Source: Phoronis australis
Lineage: Eukaryota > Animalia > Phoronida
Direction of reading: 5' to 3'
Assembly: GCA_002633005.1 (NCBI GenBank)
Contig: NMRA01000303.1
Span: 59,064 to 123,063, forward strand
Length of the DNA stretch: 64,000 nucleotides
How positions within the stretch are numbered: the stretch's first letter is position 1; each line of letters opens with the position of its first letter. Below the pieces are notes generated by a model that worked only from the letters and a program-made list of their open reading frames with translations, made no database searches and was not told the DNA's origin. Of the stretch, positions 48,701-61,100 are shown piece after piece. The position numbers and the translations under genes are program-made.

Positions 48701-50532
48701 GTCTAGAGTGATAAACGAATGAGGCTATCTAAATTAAAGGAGAACACCTGCTTTTGGGAAATTCGTCAAATTCATTTATAAATATCAGGTACTTCAGTTG
48801 ATGTCTAAAAACCAAATTCAACAAAAATGACCTTTACGCAAGGCAGAAGCATGGCACTTAGTGAACTTCCCAAAATGTCAGTTGGTCCCCTTACCCCTGC
48901 AGATGCACAAAACAGTGCACAGAACATGAATAAATGCAACACAATCCTAGGTTTTGCAATCATCAACAAATCTACACCAATTTCTTTGAAAAAATGTCTA
49001 CATGTTATAAAACAAGAGCAACACAGAGTGTTGAAATGCGCCCATGAATGCACCGCAAACGGTGTGCTTCTAGTGGTGTTCATTTCTATCATAAAAATGG
49101 CCACTACATGGTGCAAAATACGTTGAGTCCATCCGAAAATGGAAACTTGCCATCGTTTCTTAATAGAAAGCTATTTCATAAAAATCCGTAAACGAACTTC
49201 AGAGAAACAGAGCAAAACGAAAAAAAAAATGAAATTCCCACTAGGGGGCACACTGTTCATCAGATAAGTCTCAAAAGTCGTCATCATCCGTTGTCAACTT
49301 CATATGAATACAATACTAAATTTAATAAACATCCTACAGAGTGTTTAGGAGATACCGACATGAGTACAAAAATGCCACTAGGAGACACCACAGTAGTCGA
49401 AGTCATCGGAAAATCATCGTCAAACATCCTCTGCATAGTAAGAACATACATGCCAATTTTCACAATCATCCTTCGAGTGGTTTGGTTGATAAGACGGGCA
49501 GACGCGAAAAAACAAATTCGAAAACAGTAAAAATAGCCACTAGGTGGTGCAAAGTACCTCAATTCAACCAAAAACCGGAATAGTGTCACCTCACTACTAG
49601 ATGACTAACTGCCAAATTTTATGAAAATCCGTCGAGGACCATTGAAGATACATAGGCAAACAGAAACACAAAAATTGCCACTAGGGGACACACCGGTAGT
49701 CCGAACTATCCGAAAGTCATCGTACTCTGTTTTCAACTTCATATAATTACGCCAGCAATATTCAATAAAGATCTTGAAGAGCGTTTAGGAGATACAGCTA
49801 TGGGCACAAAAATTAACAAAACTGCCACTAGGGGGCGCCACAGTAGTCAAACTCGTCATTAATCATCGTCAGCTGCCCTCTTCACAGTAAGAACATATAT
49901 GCCAATTCTCAAAATCATCCCTAGAGCAGTCTGATTGATAGAAGGGCGGATGCCAAAACAGACTCGAAAACTGTAAAAACGGCCACCAGGTGGCGCAAAA
50001 CACCTTGAATCCCTCCGAAAACGAGAGGATAGCGTCATCTCCCTAATATATGCCTCACTGCCAAATTTCATTAAAATCCATTGAGGACTTCCAAAGATAC
50101 AGAGGTAAGCGTAAAAAACTACAATTGCCACTAGGAGGCACACCTGTTGTCAAAGAGGTCCGAAATTCGTCGTCATCCATCGTCACCTTCATAGGAACCC
50201 AAATGCCAAATCGCACCAAGATCCTGTGAGGGGTTTAGGAGATACAGCTGCGAACACTGGACACCGGACTCCCAGACAGAGATGACGGCAATGTGCGATC
50301 ACCTATAAATATGTGGGCGCATAAAAATCTAATCAATTCTTTCTCAGAACAGCAGATGTCTGTGTTTACTGTTAAGAAGCAGTTGAGACTTACCTTTATC
50401 CTGTCAGGGCCCAGTCCAGGTGAAGGGGACTTTTCCAGGTATGCAGCTAGGTCCTGCTCCACGTGTTCAAACACAAGTGTCAGTATGGTACTGTCCTGAG
50501 CGTCCACGGGGCCAGGACAAATATCCAGCAGT
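42519..50532 (-). CDS. CDK6: Cyclin-dependent kinase 4/6 (partial: last five coding exons)
   Basis: Exons 50532-50394, 47067-46900, 45574-45414, 44666-44531, 42713-42519 join in frame. Motifs: [57 protein letters not shown]. The FEHV hinge, KPQN and TSVVVTLW are typical of CDK4/6. Confidence 0.93.
43105..43613. mobile_element. 509-bp MITE in the last CDK intron
   Basis: TIR CAGGGCTTGGAAT / ATTCCAAGCCCTG; 6-bp direct repeat AAACAG on both flanks; internal CGCGGAAA repeats. Confidence 0.8.
43770..44114. repeat. 40-bp minisatellite, ~8.6 copies
   Basis: ACATGGTT(C/G)TGTGTTGAGAAATCAACCACGACACCGCAAA. Confidence 0.97.
44531..44666 (-). CDS. CDK6: CDK4/6 exon ([11 protein letters not shown]...GVDLLQ)
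   Basis: CAACAG acceptor; CAG|GTGAAT donor. Confidence 0.93.
45414..45574 (-). CDS. CDK6: CDK4/6 exon ([10 protein letters not shown]...DQLNKIF)
   Basis: Read directly from the minus strand (not in the ORF track); phases match. Confidence 0.95.
46575..46736. repeat. 26-bp minisatellite, ~6 copies
   Basis: ACCATTTCATTATCTCATAATGCTTT. Confidence 0.95.
46900..47067 (-). CDS. CDK6: CDK4/6 exon (DLMRQLL...HRDLKPQN...DFG...LTSV)
   Basis: CCACAG acceptor; GTGAGT donor. Confidence 0.96.
49011..50327 (+). mobile_element. Helentron/HINE-like element (copy 3, full length)
   Basis: AACAAGAGC..TTGAAATGCGCCCA start; ~8 monomers; GGAC-type tract; terminal hairpin GTGCG..CAC.TATAAATATGTGGGCGCATAAAAA. Confidence 0.85.
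50394..50532 (-). CDS. CDK6: CDK4/6 exon (LLDICPG...GPDRIK)
   Basis: TTTTAG acceptor; AAG|GTAAGT donor. Confidence 0.93.
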
Positions 50533-51962
50533 CTAAAATTTAGTGCATGGTGTCCTGTTATAAGTAGTCAAAGTTTAGTAACTACTAGCTCAATCAAATT
50601 GGCATAAAATTTTTTTCAAGACCTTAAAAGTGTGATTCCCCAAAACGAGCTCTCCTGAGCTGTGAGATATGGAAACTAAGCTGCACCACAAATTGTAAAG
50701 AAAAGAGAGGAAAGACAAACATTCTCTCAGTCAGTGAAAACTTTTGAGCACAGTGCACACTCATTTTCACTGGCTTTGCAAGAAAAATACTGTTTATTGT
50801 ACTGATTGAAAGCATTATCCAAAACTTATCTCTCCAGTTTTGCAGCCCGCGATTTCTTGATTTGTGAATACTCATTTCACTATTTTAGTTTTATTAATAA
50901 ATTTCCTCAATCCCAAACTGCAAGCAGGGTTTTCCTGTATTGTTGCAAGGGGAAAATCTGAATCAAACACTCATGTGCTGGTTATAAGATTGATGTACCT
51001 TAAAGCAGACACTGCATATTACAGCACTCATTCTCTGGCGTCTAGGTTAATAAATGTTAACACAAGCTTTGCCCTAGGATCAAATTTATTATTAATGTGA
51101 TATTGTGTCTGTCCCTACCAAAAATAAACTGACCTCTTACTTCAACCACAGATTATAGACAACAGCTTGTTAACTCCAACATTTTCTTGTGTAATATCCT
51201 AGAGGAGGCGCCACTGTCTAAACATAAACTCAGCTTCCGGTTTGTGTACAGTGACAGGAAATTCTTGAATCTATTTTACTGTCCAGTACAATGAAAAAAA
51301 TAATAATTTCGGCATTGAAATGCTTGTCACAGTCTTCCAACAGTAGAACTCCTTGTATCGTGAGTACTTCGGGCAATATGCTACCCAACCACAAAACAGT
51401 CGACCATGATTAGCAGACAACATATTTAACAGAAGTAAAACGTGCTGGTGTAGCTAGCGAATAGTGACGTCACGGCTTATGAGTGAGATCACAAACTTCG
51501 TCCTTTGAAAATATACAGAGTTGGCGGTCCATGTACTACGGCATGTGCTTCAACAAGCAAGGATCGGACTTTTCAGTAGGTGTACAACTTGCATGAAATG
51601 TTTATTGACAACCATACATCCTGTTTTAGGGCGTTAACAATGAGGGTACATGCATATAGAGGGTAGGTTGCAAAGTGACTGTTTGTTACCCCCCCAGGCT
51701 GAACGCAAGGACTAGTATAGAATAAACTCTGGAGTAAGTAAACACATAGTGCAGGAACTGATGGAAACACAACAGAATCACGACATGGACGCCTGCATTA
51801 CTGCAAACAACAGTGTCAACTAAAACACAGAAGCCTGCTTTGCACTATTTTGGCCGACACTTTCACAAAATCGTATTAGCAGCAGGCAAAATTAAATATT
51901 GAATCCTCTATTACGAATTCCTCATTACAGACAGTCGATTGATTATAAAAGATTCACATATA

Positions 51963-54382
51963 CCATAATCGTTCGGGTTAACGCCCTGGGCGGTTAAATT
52001 GGCGAATCCAAAAAATCGGGGGAGGGCGGTTAACCGAGCAGTGGGCGGTTAAATCGAAAATCCACCTAAAGCAGGGGATGGGCGGTTAACCGAACATGGG
52101 CGCTTATTACGACAGACAACTGCCCTGGGCGGTTAATCTTACCTGGCGATCTAAATCCCGACACGACAATCATACTCGGAACGCGTAGCCCTTTTCAAAG
52201 AGCTTTATCGTCACGTCGCCAAATGACTGTGAAAACATCATAACAGCGGATGATCCCAACAAAGGTTCTCTTGTCCTCAGATTAGTCATTCACTATTAAA
52301 TTTACAAAATTGCTGAGTAATAGCCCCGTGCCGTCCTGCGGTGCGCAGACGACCAGTGACATCGCAGCCTCCACTAGAATTAAAACTGTTTCAAGATGTG
52401 ACCCTGCTTAAGTGCGCGCGTGCAAGCTTCACGTGTTGCAGAGGTCAGACATCAAATTTATGGTTACAGTCTCGTACTATATGTAGCTGTCAAGTTCTGA
52501 GTCAGAGAGCAGTTTTAAAATTGGTTGTAATAAAAGTTTGAAAAACTTAACTCTGCTGTTTTTTTGTGTTTGGGATGTTATAGTCGACACTCCGTGACTC
52601 AATGACATTTTCAGCGTATGGTTCTGCGGCTAGCTGTCTTATCTCGACAGCCCGGCATTGCTCTCTTGCCGTTGCGCCAAACATGCTATGCAAAGAAGTA
52701 AGACAAGGATCGGGGGTGGTCGAGCTAGTCGTCGATCAAGAATAAAATTTCAAGCAACTGCATAAATATGTTACAAAATGTCAGAAAACAGCAATGTTTC
52801 AATTCATTATTCTAAACGATCACCTTACCAAACTTCGTGGTGGAAAAACATTTATTTTTCATGCAAGATGTCCAGATTATCCTATTTATATCACTTGTAA
52901 TATCGCACTGCGGCACTGTTCGGTCCCGCTGTTATCGCGCAATGTCTCAGTCGGCTGACAATCGTGACTTGGAAATGCCGTCAAGTAATATAACGGCCTC
53001 TTTCAATATGCATCTCGTTTTTTATGGCCAAAGATAGTGGCGGTATTCAGCACGCACGTAGGGCCTACGTGTGAGTCACCTGTCAATCACATGTTGGTGT
53101 CAAGGTAACATGCACTCCAAAGTGTGGGAACTTGCGCACGTGCACCACTACAAATCAGTCACACATAGCGACAGTCCGAAGTAACAAAAACGGGCGTGAC
53201 TGTGCTTTTAAGCTGTTGTTACGAAAGACCCAGTTCTTTACGATATTCCTCCGTTGCCAATGTTCCCCAAAACTGCGATGTCAAGTCTATTGCCATATTT
53301 CCCGGCTGGATGCTCCCTAAGCCCATCCCTGTAACTAGCTGTGTGAATCTCCTACCCACTATCGTCAAGCAGTCTACGTCGTAGATATTTCAGACTCGAA
53401 TGGTAAGAATTTTTGTTCAGGCTGAAAATGGCCAATGTATAAACAAAATTATTCTGGATGGCTAAAAAGGGATGTGGAAACGATAATTCACACAGTCACG
53501 CTTACGTGGGGGCTGACGCAAGAAATAGTAAAGAACAGCCAGCGACATTAGTTAAATCTGCTAACCAGTTTGACTGAGATGCAATAAGCGAAAAACAAAA
53601 TTTGACTAGCCGTTTTTTATTACTTCAAGATCATACACAAACATACATTATTGCCAACGTTTGAATTCAGAAATCGACAGGCAGCAACGAAATCGGTAAC
53701 CCAGTAAGGCACTTGTACTGTCCCTTCGGTCGCCCCACATCCTCTATAACCCGGCAGTTATATTCATCAAAATATTGAGAATTTGACATCTTTCCGTGAG
53801 TTGTGAGATTTGTTCAAAATACGAGAGCTTCCCACCTTAATAGAATTTGGAGGGTTGGCAAAACCATTGTCACATTTCTCTGGCCTGATTTTTTCGAATA
53901 TATGTTTTATCTAGTGCACTGCAGACGGAAACTCAGCGCGGCAGACAAAGTCGCTGAAAGCGGAGGTTTTGACGCCGGCGGCGTTCTTAAACTTTGCAAA
54001 CAAGGGAAGAAAATAAAGTGACAAAAAGGTTCAAGTATTATATTTTGAAGTGAGTTCATGACCCAAGACAATAACTCGTTACCTGTATTGTAATTCAGAT
54101 TGCTAAACCACCGTCTCGGAGTCCCGGCGTCGTTGCACTCATTGTGATCGTCGATCTTTTTCTAAAAGACGGGGAATCGCGCATTTCCTTAACACTAGGG
54201 GCTAAATCTTCATTCTTTAAAAGTCGGGGATGGGCGCTTAACCGAGAGGTGGGCGCTTAACTGGAAATCTTCAAAAATCGCAGGGGGGCGCTTAACTGAG
54301 CAGTGGGCGGTTAAATCGAAATTCACCTAAAGTAGGGGGTGGGCGGTTAACTGAGCATGGGCGTTAACCCGAACGATTACGG
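51963..54382. mobile_element. 2.4-kb non-autonomous Tc1/mariner(pogo)-type element
   Basis: TA TSD; same TIRs as the 36847 MITE; subterminal GGGCGGTTAA repeats. Confidence 0.88.
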
Positions 54383-54797
54383 TAATTACATGGCCACCCG
54401 CTTAATACAAATTTATTGTAGGTTAAGAGTTCAAATTTGATATGCGCATACCACGAGCCTGACATAGTATCAAGATATAAGGGCTGCTTATTCTTAACAA
54501 CATTTCCAGTTACCATACTCGGATTCATCAATTGTGCTCTCCTCGTTAAGAACACACAAGACAACTTTCATGAAGATCTACCAAGAAACTTAGTACACAC
54601 TACGGCAGATGCAATGACAATTTGCCACTAGGGGGCGATACAGAAATCACATCTGTCCAAAAATCAAGACCGCTCATACTTTCCTCACCAGGAACACACA
54701 ATGCTAAATTTGATAATGACCCATCAAGGCATTTTGGTAGATGTTGATACAAAGGAAAAGAAAACCCAAGTTGCCACGAGACCACCACCGCAGTCAG

Positions 54798-57700
54798 GGC
54801 CCGGTCTCCAATCTCCGTACTCAGACTCGAATCATACTCAAACTCACACTTCATACTCAACTCGAGTACAGACTCACCTTTGGTGTATTCAATGTCATAC
54901 TCGAAAAATCTGTACTCGAACTTTCGAGCACGTACTCAGTTTTCGAGTGTACTCGAACTGAAGTGTATCTCATCTATATTTCGATTACGATTTTGAGTAA
55001 AAATTTGGAGTCTATGCTCAAATTTCAAGTTTGGTATGGCAGTGTGCTTGAAATCGTACTCGAAAATAAATACGAGCCAGAGAACAAAATATCGAAAGGG
55101 AACCAAGAAATACAGCAAATCTAAAAAATAAGTCCTCTTACCGTATCTCAGCAATTCAATTTCAGTTCAGAGATAATAGTTTTCATCTTAAATCTTCTTA
55201 TTCTTCACCTTATTAACCCGCCGTATCACTGTATGTTATGGCCGCCATTCTACCTCTACAATTCCTGGCAACAGGCGCATTATAATCCCTTGTCGGCGAG
55301 TCATAACAAGCGTCGAAAGCAGTTGTGGGAAAAGTCGTGTGAAAAGTTTGTGCTGCCCTTATTTCGGTATGTGTGCCTACGTTTTGTAGGGTTTCCAAAA
55401 GACGAGGAGGGGAGGGAAGTTAAAAAAAATTTGCTTCCCTATCAGGTACATTTCTCATCATAACTTAGTCATCTATAATTCCTCAATCCCCAAATGGAAT
55501 TCCAGATTTTGTTTGCCTATTTCTAAGTAGACGTCTCGTCCCGTTCACTGCCACTGGTGAACTCCGAATGCCTGCACAAGTATTGTTTTTTAACTCACGT
55601 GCCAAATGTCAACTCACTTGTTACATCCCGGTAAAATACAAAGATACAGTATCAAAGTTTGACATCAGCGTAGGCCTACACAGCAATGGGTTTTGTGTCA
55701 AGACTAAATTAGCAACAGAGATGTGATGTGATAAGCTGTTACAAATTTCTTAAGACATTTTTGGGACTAGGTGAGGAATTCAAGAAGTAAAGCTTAGTAA
55801 TTGCCCAATGTATCAAAGAAATGGCATAAGAATATTTATTGAAACTAAACAAGAGCAACGAAGAGCGTTGAAATGCGCCCACAATTGCACCGTATACGGT
55901 ATCCTTCTAGGGTTGTTTATTGGTACCATAAAGTGGCCAGTAGAGGGCATATATGTAGTATGTTGTACTTTGCAAAATGGAAAGGGATGGTCATTGTCTC
56001 CTCAATAGGCCAGGGGCAAAATGTGAGTATCTTCATAATACAAGCACATCCTATACATCAGTTGCTTAAAGCACCACAGGAACATAGAATTAAAAAAAAC
56101 AAATTTATCAACATACGAGATTAGCACAGCATTAGAATGCCAGAAACCAATTTCTACTTGGAACTTTTCCTTCATAGTCACGAAGAAACACAAAGTATAC
56201 ACCTGAAGACCTATGAAAATACAGAGGTCAATGTAAAATACTAAAATTGCCACTAGAAGCATACCGGTAGTCAGAATCATCCTTAAGTCGTCATCGTCCA
56301 TTGTCAACATCACATAAAAACACTTGCTAAATTTAGTAAAGATCCTGCAAACGGTTTGGGAGATACAGCCATGGGCGCAAAAAAAACTGCCACTAAGAGG
56401 CGCCACAGTAATCAAAGTCATGGGAAATTCAGCGTCAATCGTCCTCATCATAGTAAGAACATACATGCCAATTTTCACAATCATACTTATAGCGGTTTGG
56501 TTGATAGAGGGGTGGACGCCAAAAAACAGACACAAAAACAGTAAAAATGGCCACTGGGTGTCGCAAACTAGGTCGAATCCATCCGAAAACGGGAGGATAG
56601 CGTCATCGCACTAATAGGTGCCAACATACCAAATTTCATGAAAATCCGTTAAGGACTTGTGAAGATACAGAGGTAAACGTAAAAAAAAAAATTGCCACTA
56701 GGGGGCACACTGGTAGGCGGATCCGTCCAAAAGTCGTCATCTTCTGTTTTTAACATCATATAAATACACTTACACAACTTCGTAAGGATCCTGAGAACGG
56801 TTTAGGAGATACAGCCATAGGCGCAAAATAAACAAAACTGCCACTAGGAGGCGCCACAGTAGCCCAACTCGTCGGAAAATCATCGTCAATCGTCCTCTAC
56901 ATAGTAAGCGTATACATGCCAATTTTCACAATCATCCTTTGAGCAGTTTGGTGGATAGAGGGGTGGACGCACAAAAACAGACTCGAAAACACTAAAAATG
57001 GCCACTAGGTGACGCAAACTATGTCGAATCCATCTGAAAACAAGAGGATAGCGTCATCTCACTAATAGGTGCCTACATACCAAATTTCATGAAAATCCGT
57101 TCAGGACTTTTGAAGATACAAAGGTACGCGTAAAAAAATAAAATTGCCACTAGGGGGCACACCGGTAGTCGGATCCGTCCAAAAGTCGTTATCTTCTGTT
57201 GTTAACATCATATAAATACACTTGCACAATTTCATAAAGATCCTGCAAACGGTTTAGGAGATACAGCCATAGGCGCAAAAAAAAACTGCCACTAGGAGGC
57301 GCCACAGTAGTCCAAATCGTGGGAAAATCATCGTCAACCGTCCTCTACATAGTAAGCATATACATGCCAATTTTCACAATCATCCTTTGAGCGGTTTGGC
57401 TGATAGAGGGGTGGACGCACAAAAACAGACTCGAAAACACTAAAAATGGCCACTAGGTGGCGCAAACTATGTCGAATCCATCCGAAAATGGGAGGATAGC
57501 GTCATCTCACTAATAGGTGCCTACATACCAAATTTCATGAAAATCCGTTCAGGACTTTTGAAGATACAAAGGTAAGCGTAAAAAAATAAAATTGCCACTA
57601 GGGGGCACACCAGTAGTGGGATCCGTCCGAAAGTTCGTACATGCCGTCCCATTCATGAATGGAACATATGTGCCAAATTTCATGAACGCATGTCAAAGGG

Positions 57701-58128
57701 TTTTGGAGATAGAGCAGCGGACGCCGGACGCCGCCCGGACGGACGGACGGAGATGACGGCATAATGCGTCCACATATAAATATGTGGGCGCATAAAAATG
57801 AATAACAGTTACAGAACACTCAGAATTCCACGTTATAGACATACTCTTGTAGTTGTAGCGACAGCAGACGATAATGTAGGCCTAGTTCTTGGGGTGGTCT
57901 ATTCCAATAGGGAGCGATAAATCAGCGTGACTTTGCGTGATTTTGCATTTCACATCATAAAGAGTTCCATAGCAACTAGAGTATGAGTGTCAGATTTGAG
58001 TGCGTTTGGAGTCTACTCGAAATACGACATTAGATACGCTTTTTTGAGTACGACTCCAGTGAGCACGATTTTAGTATGAAATCTCGAGTATGAGTATGAG
58101 TCTGAGTACAGAGATTGGAGACCGGGCC
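54798..58128. mobile_element. Non-autonomous PIF/Harbinger element (contains HINE copy 4)
   Basis: TIR GGCCCGGTCTCCAATCTC.GTACTCAGACTC / GAGTCTGAGTACAGAGATTGGAGACCGGGCC; 3-bp TSD CAG; TACTC subterminal repeats. Confidence 0.88.
55848..57798 (+). mobile_element. Helentron/HINE-like element (copy 4, full length) with internal ~450-bp higher-order repeat
   Basis: AACAAGAGC start; AATTGCCACTAGGGGG at ~56691, 57143 and 57591; GGACGGACGGACGG microsatellite; terminal hairpin ATGCGTCCACATATAAATATGTGGGCGCAT. Confidence 0.88.
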
Positions 58129-61100
58129 CAGGTTTGTCCAAAAATCAACCCCAACAGCAACATATATGCGAAACTTCCTTGAAGGAACTTGCTACATATT
58201 GAGGCAGATGCAAAGAAAACTACAATTGCCACTAGAGGACCACATATATCAATCCGGAAATTAATGTCGTCTATGCTCCTTCCTCAACAGGAACACATTT
58301 TCAACTTACATGATTCTTCAAATAATTAGGTAAATAGAGAGGCAGGCACCAGAAAACAGTAATGAACATGCTAAAAATGGCCGCTAGAGGACGCACAATA
58401 GAGCAAATACATCGGAAACTGAGCAGGTGTTCTCAACTCCTCCACTGACAATTTTCAAAGAGATCTACCATAGATCTACTAAGGAACTTGTGGTATCTAC
58501 TCAGGTATGTGCAAAGAAAACCTAAATTGCCACAAGGTGATGCCGTGCAGTAAGTCCAGATCAGTAATCGGTTAAAAGGAGCTGCAGCAAGAAATTTCCA
58601 GACTATTTTATGTTATTTATCGCTTTGAATTAGTAAACACAAATTTGGTAATTTTCAAAATAGAAAAAATGAATAAAACATTTGCTAAAACAAAAGTCTG
58701 AGTATGTTTCACTGAAAACCAGGGTCTCTGGTGTTGTAATCTAAAGTATGCATAGGCAGGCCCACTCCCTTTAAACAGAACCACATAATAGACTTTTTTA
58801 ACAACAGCTCCATTGCTCAAGGCCCAAATCAACACAGCAAGAGGAGACTACATAATCAACACAGCATTCAATCAATGAGATTTATGAAAACTTGAATTTG
58901 TGAGCAACAAGTGAAAACAAACGGACTCCAAATTCTTTCAACCCAAGTGCACTTTACATTGTAGACCTGCCTATTACCTGGCTATAGACATTTGTGTAAA
59001 ACTATTCCCTGTTCATTCATAAACCAGATTTACAAAGGCCAATCCTGTGCAGACCTCCCAACATAGTCCTTATCACATACAGGTCAGACTTGGGGGGTGT
59101 ACTCCCACACAACAGGTTGAATGCCAGACATTGCTGCTTAGAAGAGTGCCTTTCTCACGACCAGGTTCCCTATAAAAGGATGTCTTATCTGACTAAATAT
59201 AAGTAAATTTATATGAAAGTGTGCATTTTCCCATGAATTACCTGCACAAAAGGTTGATTTTAAGAGTTTGGAACTGTACAAAAGATTCCTTTTTGCAACA
59301 ACAAAAATCTACAGAAGGGTTTTCACATTATCTGGATTTTTAAAACTTTTGATGCAAAAGATATTCACATTTTTGACGATACAGCATCTCTTCTTGAGCT
59401 ATTTCAGGTTTAAAGGGTTAACATTTAGCTGTCCAAGAATACCTCCGATAGGGTTAGCTTTAAGGAACCAACATCTACAAAAGGGACGTTTTTCCAGAAC
59501 AAAACCCTACGAAAAAATGCCTTTTTCATGAAATTTCCCAATTAGTGGGACTGTCTTTTTTAAGTTCACTATAAATGGGTCAACATTCCTAATTTCTAAG
59601 CTCACCCCTGGCAAAAAGGTAGTCGAGTGCTCCCCAGGAGATCAGGTATGCAAGCTCAAACAATCCCAGATCGATAAGGTGGTGCCCTACCTGTTGTAGA
59701 ATGCATACCATGGGTACAGCGCTGTAGTGGATTTAAATTACAGTCACAAAGCATGACATACTCCCTGTTCACAATTCACTACATGAGCAGTGAATTTTAT
59801 TTTTAAGGGGGATGTCATTTGTGACTTTAGTGTACTCAAAGTATGATTTGCCTGTATCTCAGAATGCACGTATTTAAATGCTAATCGGTAATTTCCAGAG
59901 CCCAATTAATCGTAGATCTGCAACATCCCCAAAAGTGGCTACATGCCACTTTCTTACACCTTAGGGAACAATTTCAGGAAATTCCCACCCAGTAAGCACT
60001 TTAAGAATTAAAGATGCATAATTAATCAGAATCAAGGCAAAAACAATTAGCATTAATTAACTCGTGCTTTATCTTTCACAAAAGTACTACTGAAGCACTG
60101 TCTGCCCCATTTAAAATATACAGTACAGTGAAACTCTAAAAACCAGTTTTAGTATACATGTACCAGTTCATAAGGGTGATCCTAAACAAACATAAATATC
60201 AGGGCTAAACACTTCACACCAGTAATCTCTTGAGTTTGAATTCAGTTTGTATCTACAGAGGTGGTCATGTGTGACTTGTCATGAATATTGGCAGCAGAGT
60301 TCACTCACTGATTTGCAAAATGCAATAAAATTCCTTGATGCAATATGTGAGCCCCAATCCACTCACCTGGCAAATCTTCAATGAAAAGCACCAACTTTTG
60401 AATAAGACTAAATTACTGCTTTAAAAATGGTCTCGCCCATTACCTTATACTTGTTTACAGATCGTTTTCTTCTAAACCTGATGGTCGGCCTTGTCATTTA
60501 ATGTGCCGAATGCAATATGAATAGAAATCTATACTAGTTACCGAAATTGAACGATGGGATGAACAAAGATCAAAATGCCCATCTGCACCCACCATGAACT
60601 TTGCAAATAGCAACGATATGAGGCACTATTTTTTTCAAACATTTCTTCGTATAACACTGCGCAAGTGATCTTAAAATTGAGTCTCCTATGGGCAATGCCA
60701 GCCATTCCAAAAGTAGCAAATGCAGTTCTTATAGATTCTGAGATTGTAGCAACAGAAAACTAAAATTACTGCTATAGGGCATTGCTGTAGTCAAAACGTC
60801 CAATAACTGAAGCTAGCCATGGTCATCCCAATAGAAACACATTTGCTAGTTTGATTCTTCAAAGTTACTACTATTTAAACTTAAAGAATATTGTCAACAG
60901 GGGGCACAACAGAAGCAGTAGTGTCCAAAAGTGAGCCAAGTGTTGTTCTCTTCTGGATAAAATCTTATCTCTTAAATTTCATGAAGATCTACTATAAAAA
61001 TTGCAACAAAAGAAGAAAATTGCCACTGCATGATAAAACAAAAAAACAGACCGATCCTTCAGGTAGGCCTATCAAGGGAGAGAACATTGATCTCCCAAGT

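Noticed and set aside
48805-50143. Hydrophobic ORFs in 48.8-50.1 kb and 55.8-57.8 kb
   Set aside because: Chance frames in HINE monomers inside CDK introns; no conserved reading frame between copies
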